Translations under genes and position numbers: made by a program
In this document: positions 37,028-44,628 of the stretch, one piece after another
Position numbering within the stretch: the first letter of the stretch is position 1
How the letters are laid out: every line of letters starts with the position of its first letter
Origin: Actinomycetes bacterium
Lineage (GTDB): Bacteria > Actinomycetota > Acidimicrobiia > Acidimicrobiales > Palsa-688
Assembly: GCA_021809885.1 (NCBI GenBank)
Contig: JAJZJY010000001.1
Span: 1-51,313, forward strand
Length of the DNA: 51,313 bases
Reading direction: 5' to 3'
The notes under the pieces: generated by a model
Told to the model about the DNA's origin: nothing
Seen by the model: only the letters and a program-made list of their open reading frames with translations
Database searches by the model: none

Positions 37028-37776
37028 ATCGCCTGCGCGGGATGGTCATGGAGGTAGGAGTCGAGGACCTGCGGCAGGGTTGGCCCCAGACGGCGATGGA
37101 AGTTGGCCGGCCGGCGTACACGTTCGCCGGCTGCGACCTTTATGAGGTACTCCTTCACCTCCGGGTCGGGATGGGCCGAGATCACCCCCTCCACCTCCGT
37201 CCTCATCAGCCCCGCTATGACCTGCTCCGATGCATCACATGCTCCAGATGGCGAGGCGGTCGTCATGTGGTTCTCGGCCGAGGTGCCGTAGCTCACGATT
37301 GCACGCAGTACAGGGCTTCCACCCTGTACTACCTCGTCGAGAAGCGCGTCTCGCTGCGAGACATCGGGCTCAGCTCCGTTGCGCTGCGCGGCCTCCTCCC
37401 ACGCCGACTCATAGGCCTTCCGCAGCGTTCGGGGCCCGCGACCAAGGGGATCCACGGCTCGGCAGGCATCGATCAAGGCGTGATGGAGCTGACCGTCGAG
37501 ATAGGCGACTTGCTGAGCCGGAGGGGCATCGAGGTCAAGGCGGTCCAAGGCGACTGCCACCCGCTCGCCCAACCCCGAGACCAGGTCATCGTGAACCGAC
37601 ACCGGCAACCCAGCCGCGCGCTCCGAAGCTAGCATCTTCGCATGAGCGAAGAGAACCTTGACAAGAGCCGACCGTTTCGAAGTGTAGCTGGCTCCGGAAC
37701 CTGAGGCGGCCTCAACGGCGTCGGCGAGGACGCGCTTCGTGGATGCCGATCGCCGCCTGGGCACGAAACCTCTCAT
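37018..37776 (-). CDS. Divergent sigma-70-family-like protein (FliA/WhiG-like region 2; atypical region 4)
   Basis: 252 aa. LVKVLFAHAKMLAS...DDLVSGLGERVAVALDRLD...VAYLDGQLHHALIDACRAVDPLGRGPRTLRK follows the region 2.1-2.4 spacing pattern of the fliA product in this window. The C-terminal HTH is only weakly recognisable. Confidence 0.4.
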   Translation of the reverse strand: MRGFVPRRRSASTKRVLADAVEAASGSGASYTSKRSALVKVLFAHAKMLASERAAGLPVSVHDDLVSGLGERVAVALDRLDLDAPPAQQVAYLDGQLHHALIDACRAVDPLGRGPRTLRKAYESAWEEAAQRNGAEPDVSQRDALLDEVVQGGSPVLRAIVSYGTSAENHMTTASPSGACDASEQVIAGLMRTEVEGVISAHPDPEVKEYLIKVAAGERVRRPANFHRRLGPTLPQVLDSYLHDHPAQAISA

Positions 37777-37953
37777 GACGCCGCCGCCCGATTCGTCTCG
37801 CCGAGCACGATTGACATTGCGCGTTGACGGCGAAGCGGAACGCGTTCGACCGGCGGTGAGGCTCCTGGGGCATCATCTCCAGGGGCCGGCGCACAGCGGA
37901 GGTCAAAGGCGCCGGCGAGCAAAGGCCCGACCTCGCAGTGGGGGCGCGTTGGA

Positions 37954-39684
37954 TCAGAGGACATCGCCACTCCTATCGCCAGTGCCGGTGGCCAGCCGAC
38001 AGCCAAGGTATGATCCGAGCTCCGGTCCAGAGATGGGCCTGCAAAACAAGTACCCTTGCGCGTGAGGACAGCCGACGCGACGCAACGCAACGGCTTCGGA
38101 CTCGGCCTCGACGCCTTCGGCGATAACGTCCAAGCCGAGAGCGAGGCCGAGTGTGACCACCGTTGTCACGATGGCGGCATTGGTGGCGTCGAGGCCGACT
38201 CCGGTCACGAAAGAGCGATCGATCTTCAATGCGTTCACCGGTAGTCGCTTGAGATAGGCCAGGGACGAATAGCCGGTCCCGAAGTCGTCGAGCGCAACTC
38301 TCACGCCCAGCTCCCGGAGCGACCAGAGACGGCGGACGGCCGCGTCGGGGTCGGAGAGGAGCGCGCTTTCGGTGACCTCCAAGGTGAGCCGATGGGCTTG
38401 GAGACCCGAGGCGCTCAAGGCTCTCCCCACCAACGTCGGTAGGTGGGGATCCTCGAGCTGGAGGGCCGAAACGTTGATAGCGACAGAGAGCGGGCCTGCC
38501 ACTCCAACAGGCCAGCTCGTCGCTACATGGCAAGCCTCTCGGAGCACCCATCCCCCAAGCGCGACTATGACACCTGAGCTCTCAGCAGCTCCGATGAAAG
38601 CATCTGGGGCGGCAAGCGAGCCGGTCGGTTGAGCCCATCGGACCAGGGCTTCGGCTCCGACCGGCCGACCGGTGACAAGGTCGACAACTGGTTGATAGTG
38701 CACCACAAACTCGTTGTCGCTCAACGCTTGGAGCAGTGCTGCCGGTAGCACCACTCGGCTGAGCGCGTCGGTCCGCTCCGAGGCGCTGAAGAACCGGAGA
38801 CGGTTGCCGCCGCTGCTGGAGGCGACTCCCATAGCCAGTTCAGCGTCCTCGATGAGAAGGGCGGGCAAGACGCTCGGAGAGGTGGCGAACGCTATGCCGA
38901 TGCTCACGGTCAGGACCACCCGGTCGCCGTCGACGAGGAACGGCTCGGCGAAGCAGGCCGTAACCCGCTCCGCCAGAGCGCTGGCCGCCAGCCTTCCCGC
39001 TCGGGTCTCACACGCTACTGCCAGGCAGTCGTAGTCGACCACGCCAAGGTCGTCGCCAGCCCGTAGGTCGCTTTGCACACGCCGAGTCGCTGCGACGAAC
39101 ATCTGCGCGGCGAACCCACGCCCGCAGGCCCGGGCCACCGCGCGGTACTGGTCCAGTTTGACCACCAAGACCACCACCTGGGACCGGGAGTCGGGTGGAA
39201 GCCTGCCGACGGCCTCGGCAATACGCGCTGTGAACTCTCTACGCTGCGGGAGCTCTTCGAGGAGCCTTCGGCGGGCGTAGTGCTCTGCCTCGTAGGCGTT
39301 CTCCCTATCGAGCTCGCTGATCGTGGCCACCACCCATCCCGACGACGGGTCCTCGAGCCCGTTGCGGAAAGTGACCTCCGTCGGGCACCACCGGCCGTCG
39401 TTGTGGCGGGTTCGCAGGACCAGAGCCACCCTCGCCCCCGGCGCTGCCAAGCACCTCCTCCACGCCTCGCGCCACCGATCCAAGTCGTTGGGATGCACAA
39501 GATCTCTGGTGCGCATCTCGAGACGTTGCTCCGGCGAGTAGCCGAGGATGCGGGAGTACGAAGGGCTGACTTCCACCGCCTCGCCGAAGCGGTCGAGAAG
39601 CACTAGGCCGTCATCCGCGTCCCGAAGGAGGGCTTGCTGCCGCGTCTCTTGCTCGGAGCGGGTCGACGCCGTGTCGATCACCAT
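37954..39684 (-). CDS. PAS - degenerate GGDEF - EAL protein (predicted c-di-GMP phosphodiesterase)
   Basis: 576 aa. PAS (LVLLDRFGEAVEVSPSYSRILGY). The GGDEF position reads GVVDYDCLAV (degenerate). EAL motifs are intact: EALVRW, AINVS, LEVTES, DDFGTGYSSL, KIDRSF, AEGVE, QGY. Confidence 0.9.
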   Translation of the reverse strand: MVIDTASTRSEQETRQQALLRDADDGLVLLDRFGEAVEVSPSYSRILGYSPEQRLEMRTRDLVHPNDLDRWREAWRRCLAAPGARVALVLRTRHNDGRWCPTEVTFRNGLEDPSSGWVVATISELDRENAYEAEHYARRRLLEELPQRREFTARIAEAVGRLPPDSRSQVVVLVVKLDQYRAVARACGRGFAAQMFVAATRRVQSDLRAGDDLGVVDYDCLAVACETRAGRLAASALAERVTACFAEPFLVDGDRVVLTVSIGIAFATSPSVLPALLIEDAELAMGVASSSGGNRLRFFSASERTDALSRVVLPAALLQALSDNEFVVHYQPVVDLVTGRPVGAEALVRWAQPTGSLAAPDAFIGAAESSGVIVALGGWVLREACHVATSWPVGVAGPLSVAINVSALQLEDPHLPTLVGRALSASGLQAHRLTLEVTESALLSDPDAAVRRLWSLRELGVRVALDDFGTGYSSLAYLKRLPVNALKIDRSFVTGVGLDATNAAIVTTVVTLGLALGLDVIAEGVEAESEAVALRRVGCPHAQGYLFCRPISGPELGSYLGCRLATGTGDRSGDVL

Positions 39685-39836
39685 GTTCTCCGGGGAGGGA
39701 CGGAGGCCCGGCCGTCGAGGGCCTGGAGGAGCAGGAGGAGCGCTGCCATGTTCTCGTGACCGCAGTCGGCATCATGCGCCGTGGTGCTCTCCTTCTGCTC
39801 GTGCGGTCCAAGCGCACCAACACCCCCCCTCACCAT
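39678..39836 (-). CDS. Leaderless small ORF (52 codons) overlapping the EAL gene start; conserved leader element (copy B)
   Basis: ATG 39836 lies 7 nt after CCCGATAG. Encodes MVRGGVGALGPHEQKESTTAHDADCGHENMAALLLLLQALDGRASVPPRRTW. The TGA (39678-39680) lies just past the EAL-gene ATG (39684). About 80% nt identity to copy A by hand alignment. Confidence 0.35.
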   Translation of the reverse strand: MVRGGVGALGPHEQKESTTAHDADCGHENMAALLLLLQALDGRASVPPRRTW

Positions 39837-39843
39837 GCTCGTG

Positions 39844-39871
39844 CTATCGGGCCCCGTCCGGCTGAGGTTTA
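39844..39871 (-). promoter_or_regulatory. Sigma-28-type promoter, TAAA-N16-CCCGATAG
   Basis: Minus strand reads TAAA (39871-39868), 16 nt, CCCGATAG (39851-39844). Close to the classical TAAA-N15-GCCGATAA. Confidence 0.5.
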
Positions 39872-39959
39872 GCGTCCACTGGCGGGCACCGGTGGCCGGC
39901 AAAGCACGAAATCCCAGGTGCTGGTTTTGGTGGGCACTTCACGCATTGTGCGCTTTGTC

Positions 39960-39981
39960 CTGGTTTAGTTCTGGTTTAGTT
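39960..39981 (+). repeat. Perfect 11-bp tandem direct repeat CTGGTTTAGTT x2 (degenerate third copy CTGGTTTTGGT at 39921-39931)
   Basis: Read directly in the AT-richer divergent intergenic region between the EAL-leader promoter and fliA. It lies 43-64 bp upstream of the fliA GCCGATAG box. Confidence 0.9.
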
Positions 39982-40023
39982 CGCTCCAGACGGACGACGA
40001 GAGCACAGCAGGCGCCTCGGCCG

Positions 40024-40031
40024 GCCGATAG
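40024..40031 (+). promoter_or_regulatory. GCCGATAG box 7 nt upstream of the fliA ATG (putative autoregulated leaderless promoter)
   Basis: GCCGATAG-ACGGGTT-ATG(40039). No recognisable TAAA or CTCA at -35. Confidence 0.45.
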
Positions 40032-40038
40032 ACGGGTT

Positions 40039-40722
40039 ATGAGAACGGCTCCCCACACCGACGAGGAGGGGGCTTGGAGTGCTTATGGATCCGAACGCAG
40101 CCTCGAGAACCGCAACCGGCTCGTCGAGTTCCACGCCTCGGTGGCGAGACGTGCTGCACTACGCTGCCTCCCCTACGCGCGAAGCGTCGGGGCGGCGATG
40201 ACGGACATCGAGGACCTGGAGGGGATCGCCTTCGAGGGCCTCATCGAAGCTATCGAACGCTTCGATCCGACGCGGGGGGTGGACTTCGCCCACTATGCCA
40301 ACCTGCGCGTCGACGGACATGTCAGAGACGCTTTGCGCGCGGATGACTACTTGTCGCGGCGTTCCCGCCAGCAGGTGAAGGCCTGGATGGGAGAAGATTT
40401 CGAGGCGATGAGCGATGAGAAGAAGAGGACGGCAGCGCGCCTCGCCAGTCAGCGCCCCATCCACCTCGCCGACCTGCCAGCGGGCGACGAAGTCGAGGGG
40501 CTCACGGAAGTCGCCGGGATAGAAGACGAGATCCTCTCCCCCTCCGTCGTCACCGACGCTCTGGAGTCGCTGAACCCGGCAGAGCGGACGGTGATCGAGT
40601 TTCGCTATCTGCTCGGGATGTCGCTGTCGGCCATTGGGGTGGTCCTGTCGGTCACCGAGAGCCGAGCTTGCCAGATCCACCTGGCGGCGCTGAGCCGGCT
40701 GCGCGCAATCGGAAGGCCCTGA
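40039..40722 (+). CDS. fliA: Flagellar sigma factor FliA/WhiG (sigma-28 family)
   Basis: 227 aa. Region 2: NRLVEFHASVARR...DLEGIAFEGLIEAIERFDPTRGVDFAHYANLRVDGHVRDALR. Region 4 HTH: LNPAERTVIEFRYLLGMSLSAIGVVLSVTESRACQIHLAALSRLR. Confidence 0.85.
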   Translation: MRTAPHTDEEGAWSAYGSERSLENRNRLVEFHASVARRAALRCLPYARSVGAAMTDIEDLEGIAFEGLIEAIERFDPTRGVDFAHYANLRVDGHVRDALRADDYLSRRSRQQVKAWMGEDFEAMSDEKKRTAARLASQRPIHLADLPAGDEVEGLTEVAGIEDEILSPSVVTDALESLNPAERTVIEFRYLLGMSLSAIGVVLSVTESRACQIHLAALSRLRAIGRP

Positions 40723-40752
40723 GGCTTTGAGTGGGTCTGGCGAGGTTCTCCT

Positions 40753-41133
40753 TCAGGCCGTTGCAGGCACCGGCGAGTCCATTGCCGCCACCCGGAATGC
40801 CTCGTTGAGCTGCCCGAGGATGCCGGCGACGATGTCGAGGGTGTCGAGGTTGCCCGTCATGTTCACCTCGATCAGGCCCTCCCAGCAGAAGCGGTACAAC
40901 GCATCGAGGCGGGCCGCTCCGTCCCAGGAGTGGTCCAATGTTGTGGAGAAGGTCACGAGTATTCCCTGAGCCGAGATGAGGCACTCGTTCGCGGTTTCGT
41001 GCTGGCCGGCCCTCTTCGCCTCCGCTGCGGTCTCGAGGTCGAGCATGAGACGGTCGTAGAGCATGAGGAGCCGCTCGGCTGGCGTGGCGGTGGACACTTG
41101 CTCGATCATGATCCGACGCCGGTCGTAGCTCAC
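40753..41133 (-). CDS. fliS: Flagellin-specific chaperone FliS
   Basis: 126 aa four-helix-type protein (LLMLYDRLMLDL...AARLDALYRFCWEGLIEVN...LNEAFR). GTGA overlap with the fliD stop. Confidence 0.85.
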   Translation of the reverse strand: MSYDRRRIMIEQVSTATPAERLLMLYDRLMLDLETAAEAKRAGQHETANECLISAQGILVTFSTTLDHSWDGAARLDALYRFCWEGLIEVNMTGNLDTLDIVAGILGQLNEAFRVAAMDSPVPATA

Positions 41134-43664
41134 GCCAAAGTGCTCCCGCTCGGTGACGATGACAATGAGGCTGAAGCGCCTGCGAACTGGGTCGAGAGGA
41201 GCGAGCTCGTCTGTTGCAGCCCGGCGAGAGTTGCATCCAACTGGCTGTAGGTCTGTTCGAGCAGGAGCTTCTCCTCACTGGCGATCTGCTGGTACGACGC
41301 GATCTGCGGGTTCAGTTGGCTCGCCTGGGCCTGGTCGGAGCTGATCTGGGACGTGATCTGCCCGCCGGGGGACGTCAGCGACGATGCCAAGGTGGCGATG
41401 TGCGCGGCTACACCGGGGTTGTAGGTGAAGGCGCCGATCGACGTAGCCGACGTGATGCCAGCGGACGTGACCTGCAACGACAACCCGGCCAGGGTCGGGT
41501 TGGAGACGGGAACCGAGAGGATCTGGCCGGTGCCCGTCGCTGCGACGCCGCCTATGGTACCCGAAACGTCGGTGCCGGCGAAGTTCCCTGACACGCCGAG
41601 CTCGCCGGCAGACGATGTGGACACGGCGAAGCTCTGGGCGCTGCCATACCCAGAGGAGGCGATCTGGAGATGCGACGAACCGCCGGATGCGACCACTTGG
41701 GCCGAGAGGTTGGACCCCGAGCTCGCAAAGGCGGCATCCAGACCCTGGGTGATCCCCGACAGGCTCTCCCCGGCCGTCACCGAGTAGGTGGATGTCACCC
41801 CGGCGGAGGTCACCGTCAAGGTATCTGCCGATGGGACCGTCGAGGACCCGGACGTGTAACCGACCGTTCCGGTGTCGACCGCCTGCGTCGCCGAATGGTC
41901 GACGACCACCTGATAGGTCCCAGGCGCTGTCGCGTTCCCGGCATAGACGAGGCTCGCCTGCCCGGAGTACGTCGACGCCGAAGGGGCGAAGCTCCCACCT
42001 TGGGCGAACAAGGAGCCGATCGCGCTTGGGTTTGCGGAGAACGCGCTCTCGAAGGTCGTCTTGTCGAAGGTGAGCTGCCCGTTGCTCTCGGTGATCCCGG
42101 CGGCCGCCGCGTTGCCGAGCCCGGAGATTCCGGCCACGGTGGAGAACTCGTTGAGCACCTGCTGGGTGACCTGCTCGGCGAGCCCGGAGCCGAGCAGTGG
42201 GCCTCCGGTCTTGGTCGACGAGTCGTACTGACTCTGCGATGAGATGTCAGCGAGAACCTTGTTGGCCGCATCGACCAGTGCGCTCAGCTTCGACGCCATC
42301 GCCGAGGCATCCGGGGCGACTTGGAGAGTCACGGGCGTCGAGGAGACTGATACCAGGTTGGCGGTCAACCCAGGCAGCAGACCGACGATCTGGTCGGTCG
42401 CCGAGGAGACCGTCGGTCCCTGTACTCCTCCGAGGGAGATCGTAGAGTCCTGCGCCCGCTGGGAAACCTGGAGGCTCCCGAGACCAGATGAGGAGAAGCT
42501 TCCCGGTGCTACACCGACGTTGGCGTCATTGCCGGTGGCTGTCGCCGACAGGTCGAGAAGGTAGCCGCCAGCACCGTTGGACAGATCCGACGCCGACACC
42601 CCGGCGCCCGCCGAGTTGACGGCGGAGACCACATCTGCGAGCGACCCGTTGCCGGTGCTCACATTCTCGGCGCTCAGCGTGCCGACCGCTAGATGGGCGT
42701 TGGGGCCGACTACCGCGTCCAGCGTGCCTCCGGTCCCCGACGTGAGCGCGAGGGTCGCTCCGGCTGTCAGGTCGCTCAGCGTCGTGGAGGTCCCGTCGAC
42801 GTTGATCACGGCGTCGGTCCCCGAAGCCGCAGACGGCATCGCGGACAGGCCAAGAGCGCTCAACGCCGTCCCGCCCGTCACTTGGAGGGTCGCTGAGCTT
42901 CCCTGATTCGTCGAGGAGAGCTGGAGGTCACCGCTGGACGCGATGCTGGCGGAGAGGGGTGCTCCAGCTGCTGTAGCTGCCGCTGCCACCGCCTGGGCCA
43001 GCTGGGTCGAGGTGTAGGTGCCGGAGGCCAGGGTCAAGCTGTAGGCGGTACCGTCCACACTCACCGCCAGGGAGTCATTCGACGAGGAGATCGTCGTTGA
43101 CGCGCTCGGCGCTGCCGAACCGGCATCTGTGGCCGCGGCCGAGGCCTGGGTCACCGAGATGCTGTGAGATCCGAGGGCGAGGCTCGACCCTGACATCGAC
43201 GACAGTCCGAGTGCCAGCGTCCCAGACGAAACCAGCAGCGACGATGCGGAGGTCACCACATCAGACGCAGATGCGACCGATCCCGACGACACCAGCGACT
43301 CACCCTGAGCGATCTGGTCGACGACGAAAGATACTGATCCGGTCGCGGCCGAGCTCGTCGTGATGCCCGTCGCAGCCGAGGGGTTGGAGGAGGTTACAGT
43401 CGTCGCACCCCAATCCGCTGGCGTAGATAGGGCCGTGGCGTCCGACCCGAGTGATTGCAGGTCCGTAGAGATCCCCTGCCACAGGGCCGCCACTGCGTTG
43501 AACTGGGCCTGCTGGCCTTGCAGCTGGGTTATCGGCTGGTTGTAGCTCTGCATCAACGCGTTGATGATCGAGGTGATGTTCAAGCCAGTGCCGATACCGG
43601 GAACGGCGAGAAGACCCTGGCCGGCGCTTGTACCCACCGAAGTAGCTGAGCTGCTCACCGACAT
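41130..43664 (-). CDS. fliD: Flagellar filament cap protein FliD (HAP2), unusually long
   Basis: 844 aa. N-terminal GLNITSIINALMQSYNQPITQLQGQQAQFNAVAALW and C-terminal coiled coil (IASYQQIASEEKLLLEQTYSQLDATLAGLQ). Very Ser/Thr/Ala/Gly-rich centre. Confidence 0.88.
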   Translation of the reverse strand: MSVSSSATSVGTSAGQGLLAVPGIGTGLNITSIINALMQSYNQPITQLQGQQAQFNAVAALWQGISTDLQSLGSDATALSTPADWGATTVTSSNPSAATGITTSSAATGSVSFVVDQIAQGESLVSSGSVASASDVVTSASSLLVSSGTLALGLSSMSGSSLALGSHSISVTQASAAATDAGSAAPSASTTISSSNDSLAVSVDGTAYSLTLASGTYTSTQLAQAVAAAATAAGAPLSASIASSGDLQLSSTNQGSSATLQVTGGTALSALGLSAMPSAASGTDAVINVDGTSTTLSDLTAGATLALTSGTGGTLDAVVGPNAHLAVGTLSAENVSTGNGSLADVVSAVNSAGAGVSASDLSNGAGGYLLDLSATATGNDANVGVAPGSFSSSGLGSLQVSQRAQDSTISLGGVQGPTVSSATDQIVGLLPGLTANLVSVSSTPVTLQVAPDASAMASKLSALVDAANKVLADISSQSQYDSSTKTGGPLLGSGLAEQVTQQVLNEFSTVAGISGLGNAAAAGITESNGQLTFDKTTFESAFSANPSAIGSLFAQGGSFAPSASTYSGQASLVYAGNATAPGTYQVVVDHSATQAVDTGTVGYTSGSSTVPSADTLTVTSAGVTSTYSVTAGESLSGITQGLDAAFASSGSNLSAQVVASGGSSHLQIASSGYGSAQSFAVSTSSAGELGVSGNFAGTDVSGTIGGVAATGTGQILSVPVSNPTLAGLSLQVTSAGITSATSIGAFTYNPGVAAHIATLASSLTSPGGQITSQISSDQAQASQLNPQIASYQQIASEEKLLLEQTYSQLDATLAGLQQTSSLLSTQFAGASASLSSSPSGSTLA

Positions 43665-43690
43665 CGCGTGACCACATCCTTGCAGAGAGG

Positions 43691-43725
43691 CGAAGCCACC
43701 GCGGCGGGCGCCGCGGTGGGCTTCG
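43691..43725 (-). terminator. GC-rich hairpin after the flagellin gene (putative terminator/attenuator)
   Basis: A 14-15 bp stem with one bulge (CGAAGCC(C)ACCGCGG / CCGCGGTGGCTTCG) and a 6-nt loop, 20 nt after the flagellin TAA. The downstream tract is pyrimidine-rich but is not a classical U-run. Confidence 0.5.
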
Positions 43726-43744
43726 GACGAGTGGACTTGTGGTG

Positions 43745-44575
43745 TTAGAGGCCGAGCGCCTTCAACACGATGTTCGGTGCCTGCTGCGCTGTCGCCAGCA
43801 TGGAGGCACCGGTCTGCTCGAGGATCTGCTGGGTCGCCAGCTGTGTAGATGCCTGGGCGAAGTTGGTGTCCACGATCCGGGACTGGGCCGACTGGAGGTT
43901 CTGTTGCCCGACCGTGAGGTTGGCCACGATGTCTTGCAGCTTGTTCTGCTGTGCCCCGAGGTAGGCTTGCATGCTGTCGACGGTGTTGATCGCAGCCGAC
44001 AGCGAGGTGATAGCTGTGGTCGCGTTCGCCTGGGTGTCCACCGAGGTGGTGTTGAGCCCGAGGCCGGTGTCAGTTGCCGCGGTGGAGATGGTCACTGCCA
44101 GCTGGCTGTAGGAGCTGACGCCCGTGCCGACCTGGAAGGTCCCGGTGTACGTGCCCGAGAGGAGCACCTGGGACCCGAACTTGGTCGTGTTGGCGATCTG
44201 GGTCAGGTCCGACTGGAGAGCGCTGTACTCCTGCTGGTTCGCTGCGGCGGCAGCCGGGTCGGTCGAGCCCGAGTTGGCCGAGGAGTATGCGAGCTGCTGC
44301 ATCTGCTGGACGATACTGACCGCCTGATTGAGCGCGCCCTGAGCTGTCTGGAGCATCGAAACACCGTTCTGGGCGTTGGTGATGTCCACTCCGTAGCCGG
44401 CCGCCTGGTCTCCCAGCAGGCCTGCGGAGACGTACCCGGCGGGGTTGCTCGCAGCGGTCTGGATCGCCAAACCGGACGACATCTCACCGATAGTCGTGTT
44501 GAGGGCACTGTTGGTGGCGTTGAGGGTGTCATACGCCTGGGTCGCCGAAGCGTTGAAGTTGACTGTGATTGACAC
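43745..44575 (-). CDS. fliC: Flagellin
   Basis: 276 aa. Conserved D0/D1 termini (ITVNFNASATQAYDTLNATNSAL...; ...NFAQASTQLATQQILEQTGASMLATAQQAPNIVLKALGL). GTG 44575 with SD AAAGG 7 nt upstream. Short Thr/Ser-rich central region. Confidence 0.92.
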   Translation of the reverse strand: MSITVNFNASATQAYDTLNATNSALNTTIGEMSSGLAIQTAASNPAGYVSAGLLGDQAAGYGVDITNAQNGVSMLQTAQGALNQAVSIVQQMQQLAYSSANSGSTDPAAAAANQQEYSALQSDLTQIANTTKFGSQVLLSGTYTGTFQVGTGVSSYSQLAVTISTAATDTGLGLNTTSVDTQANATTAITSLSAAINTVDSMQAYLGAQQNKLQDIVANLTVGQQNLQSAQSRIVDTNFAQASTQLATQQILEQTGASMLATAQQAPNIVLKALGL

Positions 44576-44580
44576 GTTGG

Positions 44581-44595
44581 CACCTTTCGTCCGTG
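44581..44595 (-). promoter_or_regulatory. Putative CsrA binding region in the flagellin 5' leader
   Basis: Minus-strand RNA reads AUCACGGACGAAAGGUG. It has one ACGGA motif and a second GG motif overlapping the SD, preceded by a small hairpin CCCCAUGACGGGG (44606-44618). Analogy to the two-site hag leader of B. subtilis. Confidence 0.35.
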
Positions 44596-44628
44596 ATCGA
44601 TAACGCCCCGTCATGGGGTTCGGAGTGT

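Noticed and set aside
37811-37829. Two TTGAC(A/G) hexamers on the plus strand were considered as -35 elements, possibly for an antisense transcript or sRNA between the EAL gene and the sigma-like gene.
   Set aside because: No TAnnnT-like -10 lies at 16-18 bp from either hexamer. There is no plus-strand gene downstream, so they would only drive antisense transcription into the EAL gene 3' end.
43589-43596. Other box-like octamers occur in the wrong context: GCCGATAC on the plus strand inside fliD, ACCGATAG at ~44489 inside flagellin, CCCGATAG at 12344 inside flhA, TCCGATAG at ~48816, and several GCCGATCG copies inside genes.
   Set aside because: They are inside coding regions, are mostly antisense to the gene, have no start codon at 7-8 nt, and are imperfect matches. 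They are treated as chance occurrences.
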